A stretch of DNA of 64,000 nucleotides from Haliotis cracherodii. Lineage: Eukaryota. The notes under the pieces were generated by a model, which made no database searches, had not been told where the DNA came from, and was given only the letters and a program-made list of their open reading frames with translations. A program made the translations under genes and the position numbers. Shown one piece after another: positions 1 through 12,575 of this stretch (the stretch's first letter is position 1; the number at the start of each line of letters is the position of its first letter). Where the stretch lies: assembly GCF_022045235.1 (NCBI RefSeq), contig NW_027266275.1, forward strand, positions 12,214,001 through 12,278,000, written 5' to 3'.

Positions 1-1
1 G

Positions 2-1240
2 AAGGTAGAGATGGAAAACGAGAAACTACAAAATAGTTCAAGAATCACGGAGTTAAAAGTGCAAAATATTAAATCAATCTCTCAAACAGCTATAAACAAG
101 ATTAAAGAGAAAGAAACACAACTCTTGGATGAACTGAATCACATAACACAGACGCACGCCGGCCAACTCCGCTCAGGCGTGAAGCTTGACGAGATTGAGA
201 TGCAGATGTACAGACAACATTGTGAGTTCATTGACCAGGCCTTGGTATCGGACTGTGAGATGGACCTGTATGATGCGTATCAGGCCTGGGAGTTTGGGGC
301 TGTAGAGTTTGGGGATGTCAGGGACACAGACACAGCAGACACACGGAGAATAGATGACGTCAGGTTTACACCTGACACTGACAACGTCCAGCACATCCTA
401 GATGACCTACAGCTGGGGGAGATTGACGTCACATACCAGGATCAGGGCACATCTCCAGTGCGTGTTGACGTGATAGATGGGAGGATGGTGGGTAATGAGG
501 TGGAGCCTGATTTCAGTGGCGTCACAGTCCTTGTTGTAGATGGTATACAGACAGTTGTAGTCACTGACTTTAATAACAAGTGTGTGAAATCCTTCTACAC
601 CAGAAACAACTTGACATGCCACAGTAAACTTCCCCTGGATGCCTCTCCATGTGGTGTAACGCAGTTGAAGGAGAACCAGGTGATGGTTGCTGTCCCTGAC
701 TCCAGTCAGATTGTAACAGTAGAAGTGACCCCTGACCTGGTGCTGCTCTCAACAATCACAACAAGCAAGTGGTATGGCAGTCTTGCTGTTCTTAGTCCTT
801 CATCTCTAGCAGCAGGTACATATCACTGTGTTGACATCCTGGACATGGCAGGACACGTGCTGAGGTCAGTCACTACACTCTACAATGAGACACTGTTTAC
901 CCATCCTTACTACATGTGTGTCAACAACAAGGGTAACATACTCGTGTCTGACTGGGGGAAGCAGGCTGTGACATGTCTAACATCAGAGGGGGATGTATTG
1001 TGGAGATACGCCCCTACCGGAGACAGAGCACTCAGACCTTATGGTATCTCAACTACAGGCACAGGAAGCATCCTGCTTGTAGACAGGAACACCTACAAGG
1101 TGATACAGCTGACAGAGTCGGGGGAGTATGTCAGGGATGTCCTAATTTCAAAAGACGTATGTGATATATCCTGTGATAAATACGGATTCCTCTTTGTGTG
1201 TACAATCACAAAAGTGGAAAAGTATGTGTCAGTCTTATAG
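2..1240 (+). CDS. TRIM-like gene A1, 3' part of coding exon 2 (coiled coil + NHL-like beta-propeller); 5' end is outside the window
   Basis: ORF 11..1240 is open from base 2. The coiled coil is nearly identical to that in ORF 14439..16238. NHL-like blade motifs (PCGVT, PYYMCVNNKGNILVSD, PYGISTTGTGSILLVD). AATAAA at about 1356. Confidence 0.85.
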   Translation, partial: KVEMENEKLQNSSRITELKVQNIKSISQTAINKIKEKETQLLDELNHITQTHAGQLRSGVKLDEIEMQMYRQHCEFIDQALVSDCEMDLYDAYQAWEFGAVEFGDVRDTDTADTRRIDDVRFTPDTDNVQHILDDLQLGEIDVTYQDQGTSPVRVDVIDGRMVGNEVEPDFSGVTVLVVDGIQTVVVTDFNNKCVKSFYTRNNLTCHSKLPLDASPCGVTQLKENQVMVAVPDSSQIVTVEVTPDLVLLSTITTSKWYGSLAVLSPSSLAAGTYHCVDILDMAGHVLRSVTTLYNETLFTHPYYMCVNNKGNILVSDWGKQAVTCLTSEGDVLWRYAPTGDRALRPYGISTTGTGSILLVDRNTYKVIQLTESGEYVRDVLISKDVCDISCDKYGFLFVCTITKVEKYVSVL

Positions 1241-1961
1241 AAAACAGAAACTGAAGGTTTATTCCAGTGATGTGCATGGGGTTACTCTGGAAATAGTTAT
1301 GTGAAAATGGTGTAGAGAAAATAGCTCCAGTCAATGTATAGAACATTCAGTATCAAATAAAGCCTTCACCAAAACCTGGGTTGCCTTTTATTCACTCATT
1401 TGGTCACAAAAGGATTAAGATTACTTAACAATCAAAACAATGATATGCTATAAAGAAAGAGTGAGCGGTTATATTTTTACGACGATTTCGGCAATAACAT
1501 AGCCATAAAATGGACTTTACATGCTCCCTTGTCCGAGTGTAGAAAAACAGCAGTAGTGGTAATTAAGTGGGACAGTTTTTAATTCGATCATAATCAACAT
1601 CAATTTGTTGAAATCTAAAATACGCACGATGTGCGTGGATTCAACATTCTCCTCAAGATAAGATCCCATCTATTTTGTTCCATGATGAAATCCGCCGTTT
1701 GAACTGAAACACACACCATGATTGTGACAAGAAATCTACGAAAACCTTTTTGTTGATTTGGTAAGTAACCGGTGATTAAAGTTAACACCACAATACAAAC
1801 TGAGACAATAGGAAGTGGCACCGATCTGAATAGGAGGCGAAAGAAGTTGAAGAAATGTGATGACACTGAACCATCGAAGACATTCATCACTTTGGCCTTG
1901 CCTCCTTTAAGCACGCCGTGACATACCAGAAATACTGCTCAAAGTAGAGGTAGAAACAGTC

Positions 1962-2345
1962 TAATGTACGGATAATGCACAGATAATGTATGGATACTGT
2001 ACGGATAATGCGCGAATACTGAATGAATAAAAAACAGATAATATACGTATAATGTACGGATAATGTAATGTACAGATACTGTAATATTAATGTACGGATA
2101 AAGCACGGGTAATGTACGGATAAAGCACGGGTAATGTACGGATAAAGCACGGGTAATGTACGGATAAAGCACGGGTAATGTACGGATAAGGCAGGGGTAA
2201 TGTGCGGATAAGACATAGGTATTGTAGGATACTGAAGGGGAAAATTTACGGATACTGAACGTATAATGTACTGATTTTGCACGGGTAATGTAGTTTAATG
2301 CATGGGAAATGCACGGATAATGCACTGATACTGTACGGATAATTC
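1962..2345. repeat. Minisatellite, 11-bp subunit / 22-bp period (aatgtacggat aaagcacgggt)
   Basis: Direct inspection. Duplicate at about 25110-25493; short versions at about 11393-11460 and 34543-34610. Confidence 0.9.
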
Positions 2346-4600
2346 CACAATAACCGAACGCAATAACCGAACTGCACATGTGAATCTTACTGATAAAAGA
2401 CCTTTCAGAATTATTTTAGAGTTTCATTTTAGAGCATGGTATTCGCTGTGCCCTCTGCGCATGTTCGTGTCAACGAATCAGAATTCATTTGTGCGTATTA
2501 AAAATCATTTCCGTCTCCATCACACTGTCACTACAACCCGTTGTACTTTTGATTGGTCGTCAGGGAACTCCTTTACTGTCGCTTTGATGACTTTGGCCTC
2601 ACACAATCCCAGTCCCTTCTCTGTATTATAGTGAACACTTTCTTGTGAAAACATCTGACTGTGTACAAGCAGGCCACAACATGGACTGTGCGTTGAACTG
2701 TATTTTGATATGAATATTCGGTGTTGGTCTATATTAGAAGATTGACAATGTAATATTTAACGTTGTCATCACTCAATAATATTTATTTACAGTAGACATT
2801 CCATACAATGTTCCTATACAAAGTCTATATAATGGGGATTTCTAAGAAAGGCTACCTGGACTATTGTCACGATTTTATTTCCAAACTGAAACGAAGAGGA
2901 TAACCCAGTAACGCACTAAACTAAACTGGGAAATCGGTACATGATCACTTCTTGTACTGACATAAACGACATTACCTGCATACATGTCAACACATATTTG
3001 TACAAAAACGAAGTTGCAGAATATTTAACGATATAACAAAAACCCTGTTTATAGCGTGTCTAGTGTGCGTATATTGAAATGTGCCGATCTCTTACGTTGT
3101 TATCGGTATCATCCCAGATTCGATCCAGGAACCTACATGTACGTTTTCATCAGCTTTAATCGCTTTAGAATCACCACTAGTCGGGATATCGCAGTTGCCT
3201 CCCTTGTATGTCATGCGGAAGGGACAGGTTGGCACAGGTTAGCACAGGAGTGTACCTCGGCGAGATTTGGTTATTTCAAGGCCTCAAGGACGTACAATTA
3301 AATCTCACACAGGTCACATGAAGAACTAGTATACCTGTATATTCATCGATAGTGTCAACTTACATGAGGTATGTGTTTCTTAAATTATAGATTCTGGTTT
3401 AATTTAGTTTTGTCAACTCATGAGACTTCAAACGAAGAGAAACCGAAAGTAGGAATTGTTGGACCCAAAGTTATAATGAAATGTAAAATATATAGATGTA
3501 ACTTTCTTTTATTGTTATGAGTTTTATGTATCTGTGACATTCTGGTAAACAAAGCCATTTTTTTCGACTTGTAAAACTGACAAAATAAGGATATCTTGCA
3601 TGTTGGCGACTTGGTATCGAATACGAACGTACAGTTATCTTCCATGTATTGGGATTTCGGGGAGGGTGTGTGTGTGTATCTATTGACTATGAAGGAAGGA
3701 TGGTGTTAATATAATTTATTCATTTATACTGACTGTTGGTGCTCATTTTAAATTATTGTCGACAATGCCACACTTGCACGAGTATATTGGCATAAATTAA
3801 GCCTGCTCATACGCATTGTCACAATAATTCATATATACAGTATTAGTTTATCTCTTCAAGGTAAATCCTGTATTGTGTGGAAAGAACCAGCTTGTTCTTT
3901 TAGCTGAGCCAGTACGTCATTACGAAACTGAGTTTAACTATATTGAGGAAAAGGTACGTTTCTTAGACGCCTTGTTTGGCATGATAGCAATATATGAGGA
4001 ATAATGTGTTCCCAAAGCACTATACAGCTTTTGTAAAATCTTCAAGGTGATTTTAAAAGGATATTAAAGTCTTATCACAAGAGCGACTAAATTTGAGCGG
4101 ATGGTTACAATGTGGCTGACTGGCTGCTCGTTCCCTGACGACTTGACTCCAAGCTGTGGGTTTGCCTGGTCGACACTCGACATATACACTGTCCTTTTTG
4201 AACAACAAATTATATGTCAAACAGTAAATAGGGTTTTGTCAGCTGTTATGAAATAATTCAGTTGAGTTAACACGAAGAATAAATCCTATTGCGATTTACA
4301 GAGAATTTACTCCCAAATCCCAAGTACCCAACGCTTATCACAGGGCGACTATTTAAAGTTTGAACGGTGTGTTACAATGTGAGACCTGACTGACTGTGTC
4401 TCATTGTACCCTCGCGACGTGATTCGATGCTCATGATGTGAGCAGTTGGTTTGCCTGGACGACACTCCACACAATACTCATCACTATGATGAAGTTGACA
4501 TGTGATGTTGTTGCGGCATCAAAACAACATTGACTTCTCCGAGACAAACGTTTGATATCGAATAATAGACGTTTCAACATATTAAATGGTGCACTTAACA
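2300..4600 (+). promoter_or_regulatory. Conserved upstream block of TRIM genes (putative promoter and non-coding exons); paralogous to about 11390-13720, 25450-27750, 34540-41540 and a fragment at about 22900-23190
   Basis: Alignable between A and B genes. Contains donor-like catgag|gtatgt (about 3368 / 12501) and an acceptor/donor-bounded ~93-nt segment (about 3861-3953 / 12989-13081). RING exons start at ag|ATG, which implies upstream UTR exons. Confidence 0.5.
3439..3450 (+). promoter_or_regulatory. IRF-binding / ISRE-like motif GAAACCGAAAGT upstream of B1
   Basis: Exact match to the IRF consensus GAAA(G/C)(T/C)GAAA(G/C)(T/C). Confidence 0.55.
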
Positions 4601-4645
4601 TGTGAATTGTTTTGGTATTATATGTTTCTTTAAACAGTATTTCAT

Positions 4646-5140
4646 ATGTAACAAATGTTATATTTGGGATAACACTTTGTTAGTAAAGTACAGATTCTCG
4701 TACCTTTTTGGGTTTGAGTCCCGTCCGAGATTCCCACCTACCCTTGCCAGTGTGAAGCACCTAATCACCAGCACACAAAGTCAGCGATCTAACCCACTCA
4801 GCCACTGGGGCTCCCTCAAAAATGAAAGTCCGACGACTGGTTGTCTAGATCACGTACTTTGAGTACCCATCTGACATGTGTAAATTGGCACAGCTCCCAT
4901 GGCCGAAAGCTATGAATACACAATGCCATTTAGAAAGTGGTCAAATGTAACAAATATTATATTTGGGATAACACTTTCTCAGTAGGTACAGATTCTCGTA
5001 CCTTTGTGGGTTGAGTCCCATCCGGGATTCGAACCCACACTTGCCAGAGTGAGGCACCTAATCGCCAGCACACAAAGTCAGCGATCTAACCCACTCAGAC
5101 ACCGAGGCTTCCACAACAATGAAAGTCCGACAACAGGCAG
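4646..5140 (-). mobile_element. Two tandem tRNA-derived SINE-like units (about 4646-4850 and 4945-5140); duplicated at about 27800-28293
   Basis: Minus strand shows A-box-like TGGCTGAGTGG and B-box GGTTCGAATCC. The two units align at about 300-bp spacing. Confidence 0.6.
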
Positions 5141-6175
5141 TCTGTTTGAGCTCCGACGTCCATTATCAGGATATATACGGCAGCATGTTTCAGCCTGATT
5201 TCGACTCAGTTTGTCGGCAGTGTTGAACTTATACCCCTCTTGTATGCATGCATTCACATATTTGGAATAACAAGGTATACATGCCACTCGATTGTGTCTT
5301 CACATGTAGGTGAATATACCGTACTTTTGTAAAGTTAGAACCGTCAAGTAAGTTTTATAAATGTTGGTACACACTTTTGCAAACTGGAATTTGCATTTAT
5401 ACATTTACACGTATGTGAAAATATACAGATGTGTGCAAATGCACGTAGATTTGCGTGGGTTTCATGCGAATCACCATGTAGCCATATCAGATATTCATCG
5501 GAATAAGTTGTTTCTAATAGGAGCCTATGTTTGTTCGAATGCACTGGGTATAGGGAAGTAACTCGGTTTTAGTTGTGACGTCTGTCAGCTGTCAATACGG
5601 CTAGCCTGTACGCATGAATGCCGACAAGATAAATTCATTATCAACCGATCCATCGGTACATAAAAGCGACAAAGACCTCTCCACAGCCACAAGAGATCTC
5701 TTCCAAAAGCAAATACAATTCCGACTGTATCATGAGCATGAGTCTATGAAGCACTATAAAATACTGATGATACCAGTGTTCGCGAAAAGCTGAGAGTATC
5801 CTGCCCCACCGGTGGTATCCATTACAAATACATGCAAAGTCAAGTCAGTTGTTTACCCTAAAACACAGGAGAACATATGGTAAAGTCAAAAAAGGGAATT
5901 GCATCGGACATGTTTGTCACGGATGCGTCCAATTTGGAAATGTCCTCCGCATGTACACCATAAGACTTCTTGGAAGCTCTATTGAAGCCCTGAATGATGT
6001 AACCAGAGTCATTATAAAGAGGAAGGGTAAAAGTATATTTGCAGCTGTGTGTACATATTAAAACGATATATATATATTATGGTTGTAAAACGATACGAAT
6101 CAAGCTCAGTCATATCATTATTGTTTTGAAGAAAATGAAATGCATAAATCATTAAACTATGAATGCATTTAATAG

Positions 6176-7964
6176 ATGGCTACCCGGAACGAAAACAAAA
6201 TCAAGGATAATTTCCTGACGTGCTCCATCTGCTTCGAGACGTACACAGACCCCTGTACACTGACCTGCCACCACACCTTCTGTCAGAGATGTATCACCAA
6301 GTACATCCAAACCAGACCAGATTCTGTACAGTCCAAGACGATCCCCTGTGCCTGCTGTGGACAAGATACCATGGTCCCCCACCCCAGCAGGCCAGTGGAG
6401 GAGTGGGCGGGGCAGATCAAACCCAGCATCATTCTACAGAAGTTGACAAACAAACCAGGTAAAGTGGAAACGTTCTAAATGTTGAACCTATTTTATTATT
6501 TATATTAATACGTCTTGTTTGATTAAAACGTAGAATATAAAAATTAAATGTACTTAAAAGAATATTTGTTGATTTGAGAAATCTATATTACTTACCAAAG
6601 ATGTTTACAAAATATGCCATGAATAGTGAGTGAAAACAGGTATATAAAACATATTAGAATTTCAGAAGGCTGTTATGTTTAGACAATAACATGTATCAAC
6701 GAGAACAGAAATGTCTACCCCGTAAGTTACAGGTTGATTAACGTTGAGGCCTGGCATGTAAGTTGTAACTACTGTTTGATTTACTGGTTTGTTTACGTCT
6801 ATGCTGTTACATTCTGTCTGAGTATTAAACACTAAAGACATTTTATATTAACTGAAATAGATTTCAATTATCATGGGACGATACTCACATCATTCTATGT
6901 TTTCAGTGTTAACAAACAATTGCTGCACAATCTGTCAGCAACTAGGGGAGATAACTGCAGGAGTCTTGAGATGTCCTGAATGCGAAGTAGACCTCTGTGA
7001 AAGATGCGTGAAGATACATTGGGTGAGCCCTATGTCAAGTAACCATGACCTCTTTGACCTGCAAACCAGAGATAAGGAGGGAGAGTGTAAAAGCGACAAG
7101 CCGATTCCACAGAGGGAGACAGCTGACCACAATAACCAAGGTAAAGGCAATCAGAAGGCACCACTGCTGGTCAACACAATTGATACCTATCGAATCAGTG
7201 GCAAAATGTCCTTCAATATCCGTGACGTCGCAGTCCTGGTTGTAGACGGTGTACAGACAGTTGTAGTCACCGACGGGGACAATCACTGCATAACATCGTT
7301 CTACACCAGAAAAAAGACGCCACGTTTCAGTACGGGTCGTGTGAAAAAATCTCCATGGGGTGTAACACAGCTGAAAGAGAAGCAGGTACTGGTTGCTGTC
7401 CCCGAATCATGTGAAATTGTAACAGTGGGTGTCAGCCCTGGCCTGGTGCTGCTATCAACCATCACAACACGTACTGGGTACTACAGTCTCGCTGTTCTGA
7501 GTCCTTCATCTCTAGCAGCAAGTACAGACTATTGTGTTGATATCCTGGATATGTCGGGGCTCGTGTTGAGGTCAGTTAATGCATACAACAATATGCGACT
7601 ATTTACCTACCCCGACTACATATGTGTCAACAACAAGGGCAACATACTCGTGTCTGACTGGGGGGAGAAGTCTGTGACATGTCTAACATCAGAGGGGGAT
7701 GTTGTGTGGAGATACGCCCCTACCGGAGACAGAGCTCTCGGTGTTCCTCATGGAATTTCCACTGCCAGGACTGGAGACATACTTCTGGTGGACAGTAATT
7801 CCAACAAGGTCATACAACTGACAGAGACGGGAGAGTTTGTCAGAGACCTCCTCACGTCAGACGGTAACGTGTCTGGCCTGAAGAGTATTTTCTGTCATAC
7901 ACGCGAATCCTTCTTTATCTGTTGTAATGCTGAAGTGAAGGAGTACAAATGTAGTCGATACTAA
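6176..7964 (+). CDS. TRIM-like gene B1, join(6176..6458,6907..7964), 446 aa: RING + B-box1 + beta-propeller, no B-box2 or coiled coil
   Basis: C3HC4 RING (CSIC..CHHTFCQRC..CACC). ag|ATG at 6176, donor CCAG|GTAAAG after 6458, acceptor ttttcag|TG at 6907. The phase-1 junction restores the frame of ORF 6873..7964. Confidence 0.85.
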
Positions 7965-8629
7965 TTCGGTCGTGCTACAACGTGAGACCAAGACAACTGA
8001 CAAAAAACAAGGTTTAGTCGAGATCCAGTACCAAGTAGTATGATAAGTATCCGCTCAACAAACCAAGTCCTCAACAGGATTGTGGACGATAACAATAGTG
8101 ATTAGTGTCAGAGTATAAAACGAAAACTATTGAAACTCACAAGGTACATGTTCCATGTCACAACGTTTAGCTTACTAAAAATATATATACAATTACTCTC
8201 TGTAAAATAGTAGTATATGAAGCATAAATAAAGATGACACTACAATTCCGACCCAACCCATAATGGTATTGCAGTGTTGGAGGACTGTTGTGAGAGACAT
8301 GATGTTATTTCTTCAGGGCACGCAATTTTGTTGGGAAAGGAGAATCCGAACAATTTATTTTTTCACAATGCTTTTTTTTCAGGACAGACAGAGAACAATT
8401 TTTTGTGATAAAATCTGATAAATAATTACTTATTTAACATTTATTCAAATGGTTCAAGAATTTGCCTTCAAAATGCATCTTCTTTTTCTTTGTTTCTGAA
8501 TAACCATGTCGTTTTATTTGTCATAATGGGCTGCGAGGTCGTTATGCGTAATAACCACGTCATTGATAATTATTGGTTTTATACTATGTCCATGCACGCA
8601 AGTCGCAAATTGTTTGCCTGGCTTCATTA

Positions 8630-8810
8630 TCTGTATGTTATTTACCTGGGTTTATCATCAATGTAGTAGTTACCTGTATCCGTCATCTTTGTAGTATTTA
8701 CCTGTATCCATCTTCTATGTACTACCTATATTCACTATCTGTGTAGTATTTACCTGGCTTTGTCATATATGTAGTATGTGCCTAACTTCGTCATATATAT
8801 GTGAAAATGT
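8630..8810. repeat. Degenerate short tandem repeat (tatttacctg..tcatctatgtagta); copy at about 31785-31940
   Basis: Recurrent tacctg / tgtagta motifs at about 25-30 bp spacing. Confidence 0.55.
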
Positions 8811-9604
8811 AACATATGATATATTTTATAAATAAAGTGGACACAAATATTCGTACCAACCAATTGATATTCTTTGAGTGTTCATTCAGAGGTTTCATTT
8901 TCAAAAAAAAACATTTTAGCTCTTTTCATTAAATAGTTAGTAATCGTCAAGGTTTACGTGTTGTCCTCGTATAATTATGCAACATTTACCTGGCTTAATT
9001 GTGTATGTGTGTCTTATTTATCAAATGAGGCGTGTTGTCTTCTGGTGGAGACAGTGGCACAACGTTCATGCCTAACTGTGGTACTAATAGTTCGTGTATT
9101 TCCGGAACAACCGAATGAATGGTTACAGGCGCCGTCATGCTCACCATGTAACAGAATGGTAGATTTTGTAAACCTTTTAGCCTTTGTCATTCCAATATGT
9201 TGATTGTGTAATTGCCGTTAGGCATTTCTGTTCTCTTATTTTAATCATATATCATTCTTCAATGCCGTCCGAAAACATCTTGAAATAGCTGTCATTGGTT
9301 GTTATTGTATAACTGTCTCTGGTACTGCTGCTTCCTTCCATACACCTTTGCCACACCTGACGGTAATCGCACAACAGTGACAGGAATGGTGATACACACA
9401 AGCATGACATTGGTTTAGTGACAGCACTGAGTACTGCTTCAAAAATATTGTCCTTCTCCACTGAAAGTCATATGGTGTCAAGTATGTGTGAAGAGGGTAT
9501 TCGGAAAGATTTTATCAACATAATCTAGCAATCCAAGGATCAACATTATCATTGAAATTATTATTGAGATAACTCATAAGCGATCTTGTTCCATTGTGTG
9601 TATG

Positions 9605-9952
9605 GGGCGGTGGGGTGAAATGGGTTAACGTCTAGTTCAAGGTTTGTTCACCTATACAGCCACGAGCATTGTCCTGTGTGCATTAACTTGTCCAGATTTA
9701 TGTCGGTTTTAAAGTGCTAGCCCACTGAGATACCATGCCTCAGTTTAACATGTACACCACCATATTATATTCACTCCGAGCCAGCCAGTCCTTGATTTAA
9801 CCTCTTAATGTCACGCAGTTTAACCACCCCACTAAGACATATTAAATTAACCCCGAGGCAGCCACTCCTTTTTGTATGACGCGGAAGGGAATCGAACTAC
9901 CGACCTTTTGCTCTCCAAGCAGATGCTCTATTCACCAGACCACGGAGGCAGT
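9605..9952 (-). mobile_element. tRNA-derived SINE (V-SINE-like); copy at about 32733-33083
   Basis: Minus-strand tRNA-like head (gcctccgtggtctggtg..gttcgattcc) followed by cgtcatac and the gactggctggctcgg / cagtgggctagcact body. Confidence 0.65.
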
Positions 9953-10258
9953 TCAAGGCGTGTATACAATGAAGGACATAAGGGCGTGCATCTAAGGCAG
10001 TGAGGAGACATGTGTAGGCGTTCTGTATAAAAAGGCTTGGCTTGGTCTATTTGAAATTCTTATCAAGTTTGGTTTGCATTTGTTAACTGAAAGTTTCTTA
10101 TTCTTATCAGTGTACAATTCACATACGATAATACATAGTTAAACAGTTTGTCTTTCCTTCACACAAACACTTAATAGGTCTATACCGAAAGAACGAAATG
10201 TTGTTTCCTTTACTGATTGATTTCAGAATTGAAGATCGACTGCGCAGAACCATGACAA

Positions 10259-10356
10259 ATGAGGTGAGGTGAGGTGAAATTGGGCTTAACGTCACGTCCA
10301 AGATTATTGCACTTATATAGCGACGTGCATGCGTGCGCGTGTGCGTGTGCGCGTGC

Positions 10357-10389
<33 letters not shown>

Positions 10390-10627
10390 GCTGGCTACTT
10401 GTACTAGCCCGGACCGATGCCGATCTACAGTGCTAGCACACTGAGATACCATGCCGCAGTTTAACATGAATACCCCACTCAGACGCAGTATACTGACATC
10501 GAGCCGACCAGCCCTTGTTTTAGCCCCTTAATGCCGAGCGCCAGACAGGGAAACAACAAGTAACATCTTTTAATGTCTTTTGCTATGACGCGGCCGGTGT
10601 TCGAACCCCGGACCTTCCGCTCTCCGC
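10259..10627 (-). mobile_element. tRNA-derived V-SINE-like element with internal (GC/GT)n microsatellite and (TCACC)n tail; copy at about 33391-33778
   Basis: Minus strand reads ggttcgaacaccggccgcgtcatagcaaaagac..ttccctgtctggcgctcggcattaaggg, resembling the V-domain consensus (from memory). Confidence 0.7.
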
Positions 10628-12563
10628 TTATAGTGTGCTGGGCGTATTTCCAACGCTTTCGATAACCAGTGAAGGTTCTATAAATTATTTACATCGTTGA
10701 ACATGCATGACCGGTTTAAGCTCTAAATCCGTTTAAATCAATGTTTCGATTTTAAAATGTTCAGATGTCAAGCCATTTGATGGTCTGTTGTGATATTATA
10801 GCCAATAAATTCAAAATGTCAACGCAAGAGAAAATTCTTGAAATAGTCTTGAATATCTGCCGAAACAGATTCCACAGGGCGTAAGAGGCAAAATAGTGAC
10901 CCATAGTATTGGTAACATCGTGCATCAGGTTGACAAGCTGGCTATGAAACTTTGATTTCGTTAAGGGTTTCAAGTTATTCAATATCCCACACACTGCTTC
11001 TGTATTCTGTGCATATTCAAAGTGACACTGCATTGTGCACATACTTCCATTGCATGTTCAAACGTAATGATCATGTTAAGACTAATATTCACTTTTATAC
11101 TATGTTATCTGTCTAGGTATTTGTTATCATATAGTAATTACTTTAAACACAGTTGTACAATTATTTTTGATTTATGACTCCAACGACAGGAAACAATCAG
11201 TCTCGACTATATGGCATATATACCTTCATTGGGGGTAAAAGACAAAATAAGGGAGACAATTACATGAATGAATCACTGCAAATCAGTGGTGACACCAGGT
11301 GTTCACGAAAAGGCAACCTGGACCTGCAGGTTTGGTACAAGCTCCGATTAAAGTGACTTCGTTTTAAGAGTATTTGGGAGTGAAGTCGTGGTTAATGTAC
11401 GGATAATATAGGGATAACCCACGGATAATGCATGGGGAATGCACGGATAATGCACTTATACTGTAAGAATGATGCCGCGCAACGCAATAACCGAACAGCA
11501 CAGGTGAATCTTACTCATAAAAGCCTTTACAGAATCATTTTAGAGTCTCATTTTAGAGCATGATATTCGCTGTGCCCTTTTCGCATGTTCGTGTCAACGA
11601 ATCAGGATTCATTCGTACGAACTAAAAATGTCAGTATGCAAAAGAGATAAAATCCTTTCCGTCTCCACGATACTGTTTCCACACACACCCCGTTGTACTT
11701 GTGAACGGTAACTTGTACTGCCGCTTTGATGACTTTGGCCTCACACAATCCCAGTCCCTTCTCTTTATTATACTGAACGTCTTTTTTGTGAATACATCTG
11801 ACTGTGTACAAGTAAGGACAAAACATGTACTTTACATTGACCTGTATTTGTATCTGAATTTTCAGTGCTGGTCTTTATTAGCAGCTTGACAATGTAATTA
11901 ACGTTATCATCACTCAATAGCAGTGCCATAGACGTTCCAAACAATGTTGTTGTACAATGTCAGTATAATGGGGAATTCTAAGATAGGCTGCACTCTGGTA
12001 TACTGTCACGAGTTGATTTCCAAATAAACCGCAGAGGATAAGGCAGTAATAGGTAAACACAGAACTAAATTGTGAAATCGGTACAAGATCACTTCTTGTA
12101 CTGACAAAAAGGACATTGCATGTATACAGGTTCACACATATTTGTACAAACACGAAGGTGTATAACATCTTACCATATAACAATATCACTGTTTATAGCG
12201 TATTCAGTGTGTGTATATAGAAAAATGCTGATCTCTCACGTTGTTATGGGAATCATCCCTGATTCGTTCCAGGAACCTGCGTTGTCATCAGCTTTCATCG
12301 CTTTTGAACGACCACTTGTCAAGATTTCGCAGTTGCCTCCCTTGTACGTTATGCGGAAGGGACAGTTTGGGGTTTGCACAGGTGTGTACCTTGGCGGGAT
12401 TTGGTTATTTCAAGGCATCCAGGACGTACAATAAAATCTCACACAGTGCACATGAAGAACTAGTATATATTCAGAACACCGAGAGTGTCAACTTACATGA
12501 GGTATGTGTTTCTTAAATTAGTTTAATTTTAGTTTTGTCAACACACGAGGCTTCAAACGAAGA

Positions 12564-12575
12564 GAAACCGAAAGT
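12564..12575 (+). promoter_or_regulatory. IRF-binding / ISRE-like motif upstream of A2
   Basis: GAAACCGAAAGT at the position equivalent to 3439. Confidence 0.55.

Noticed and set aside
1887-2379. 131-146 aa minus-strand ORFs (also 25035-25527, 21181-21754)
   Set aside because: Translations of minisatellites.
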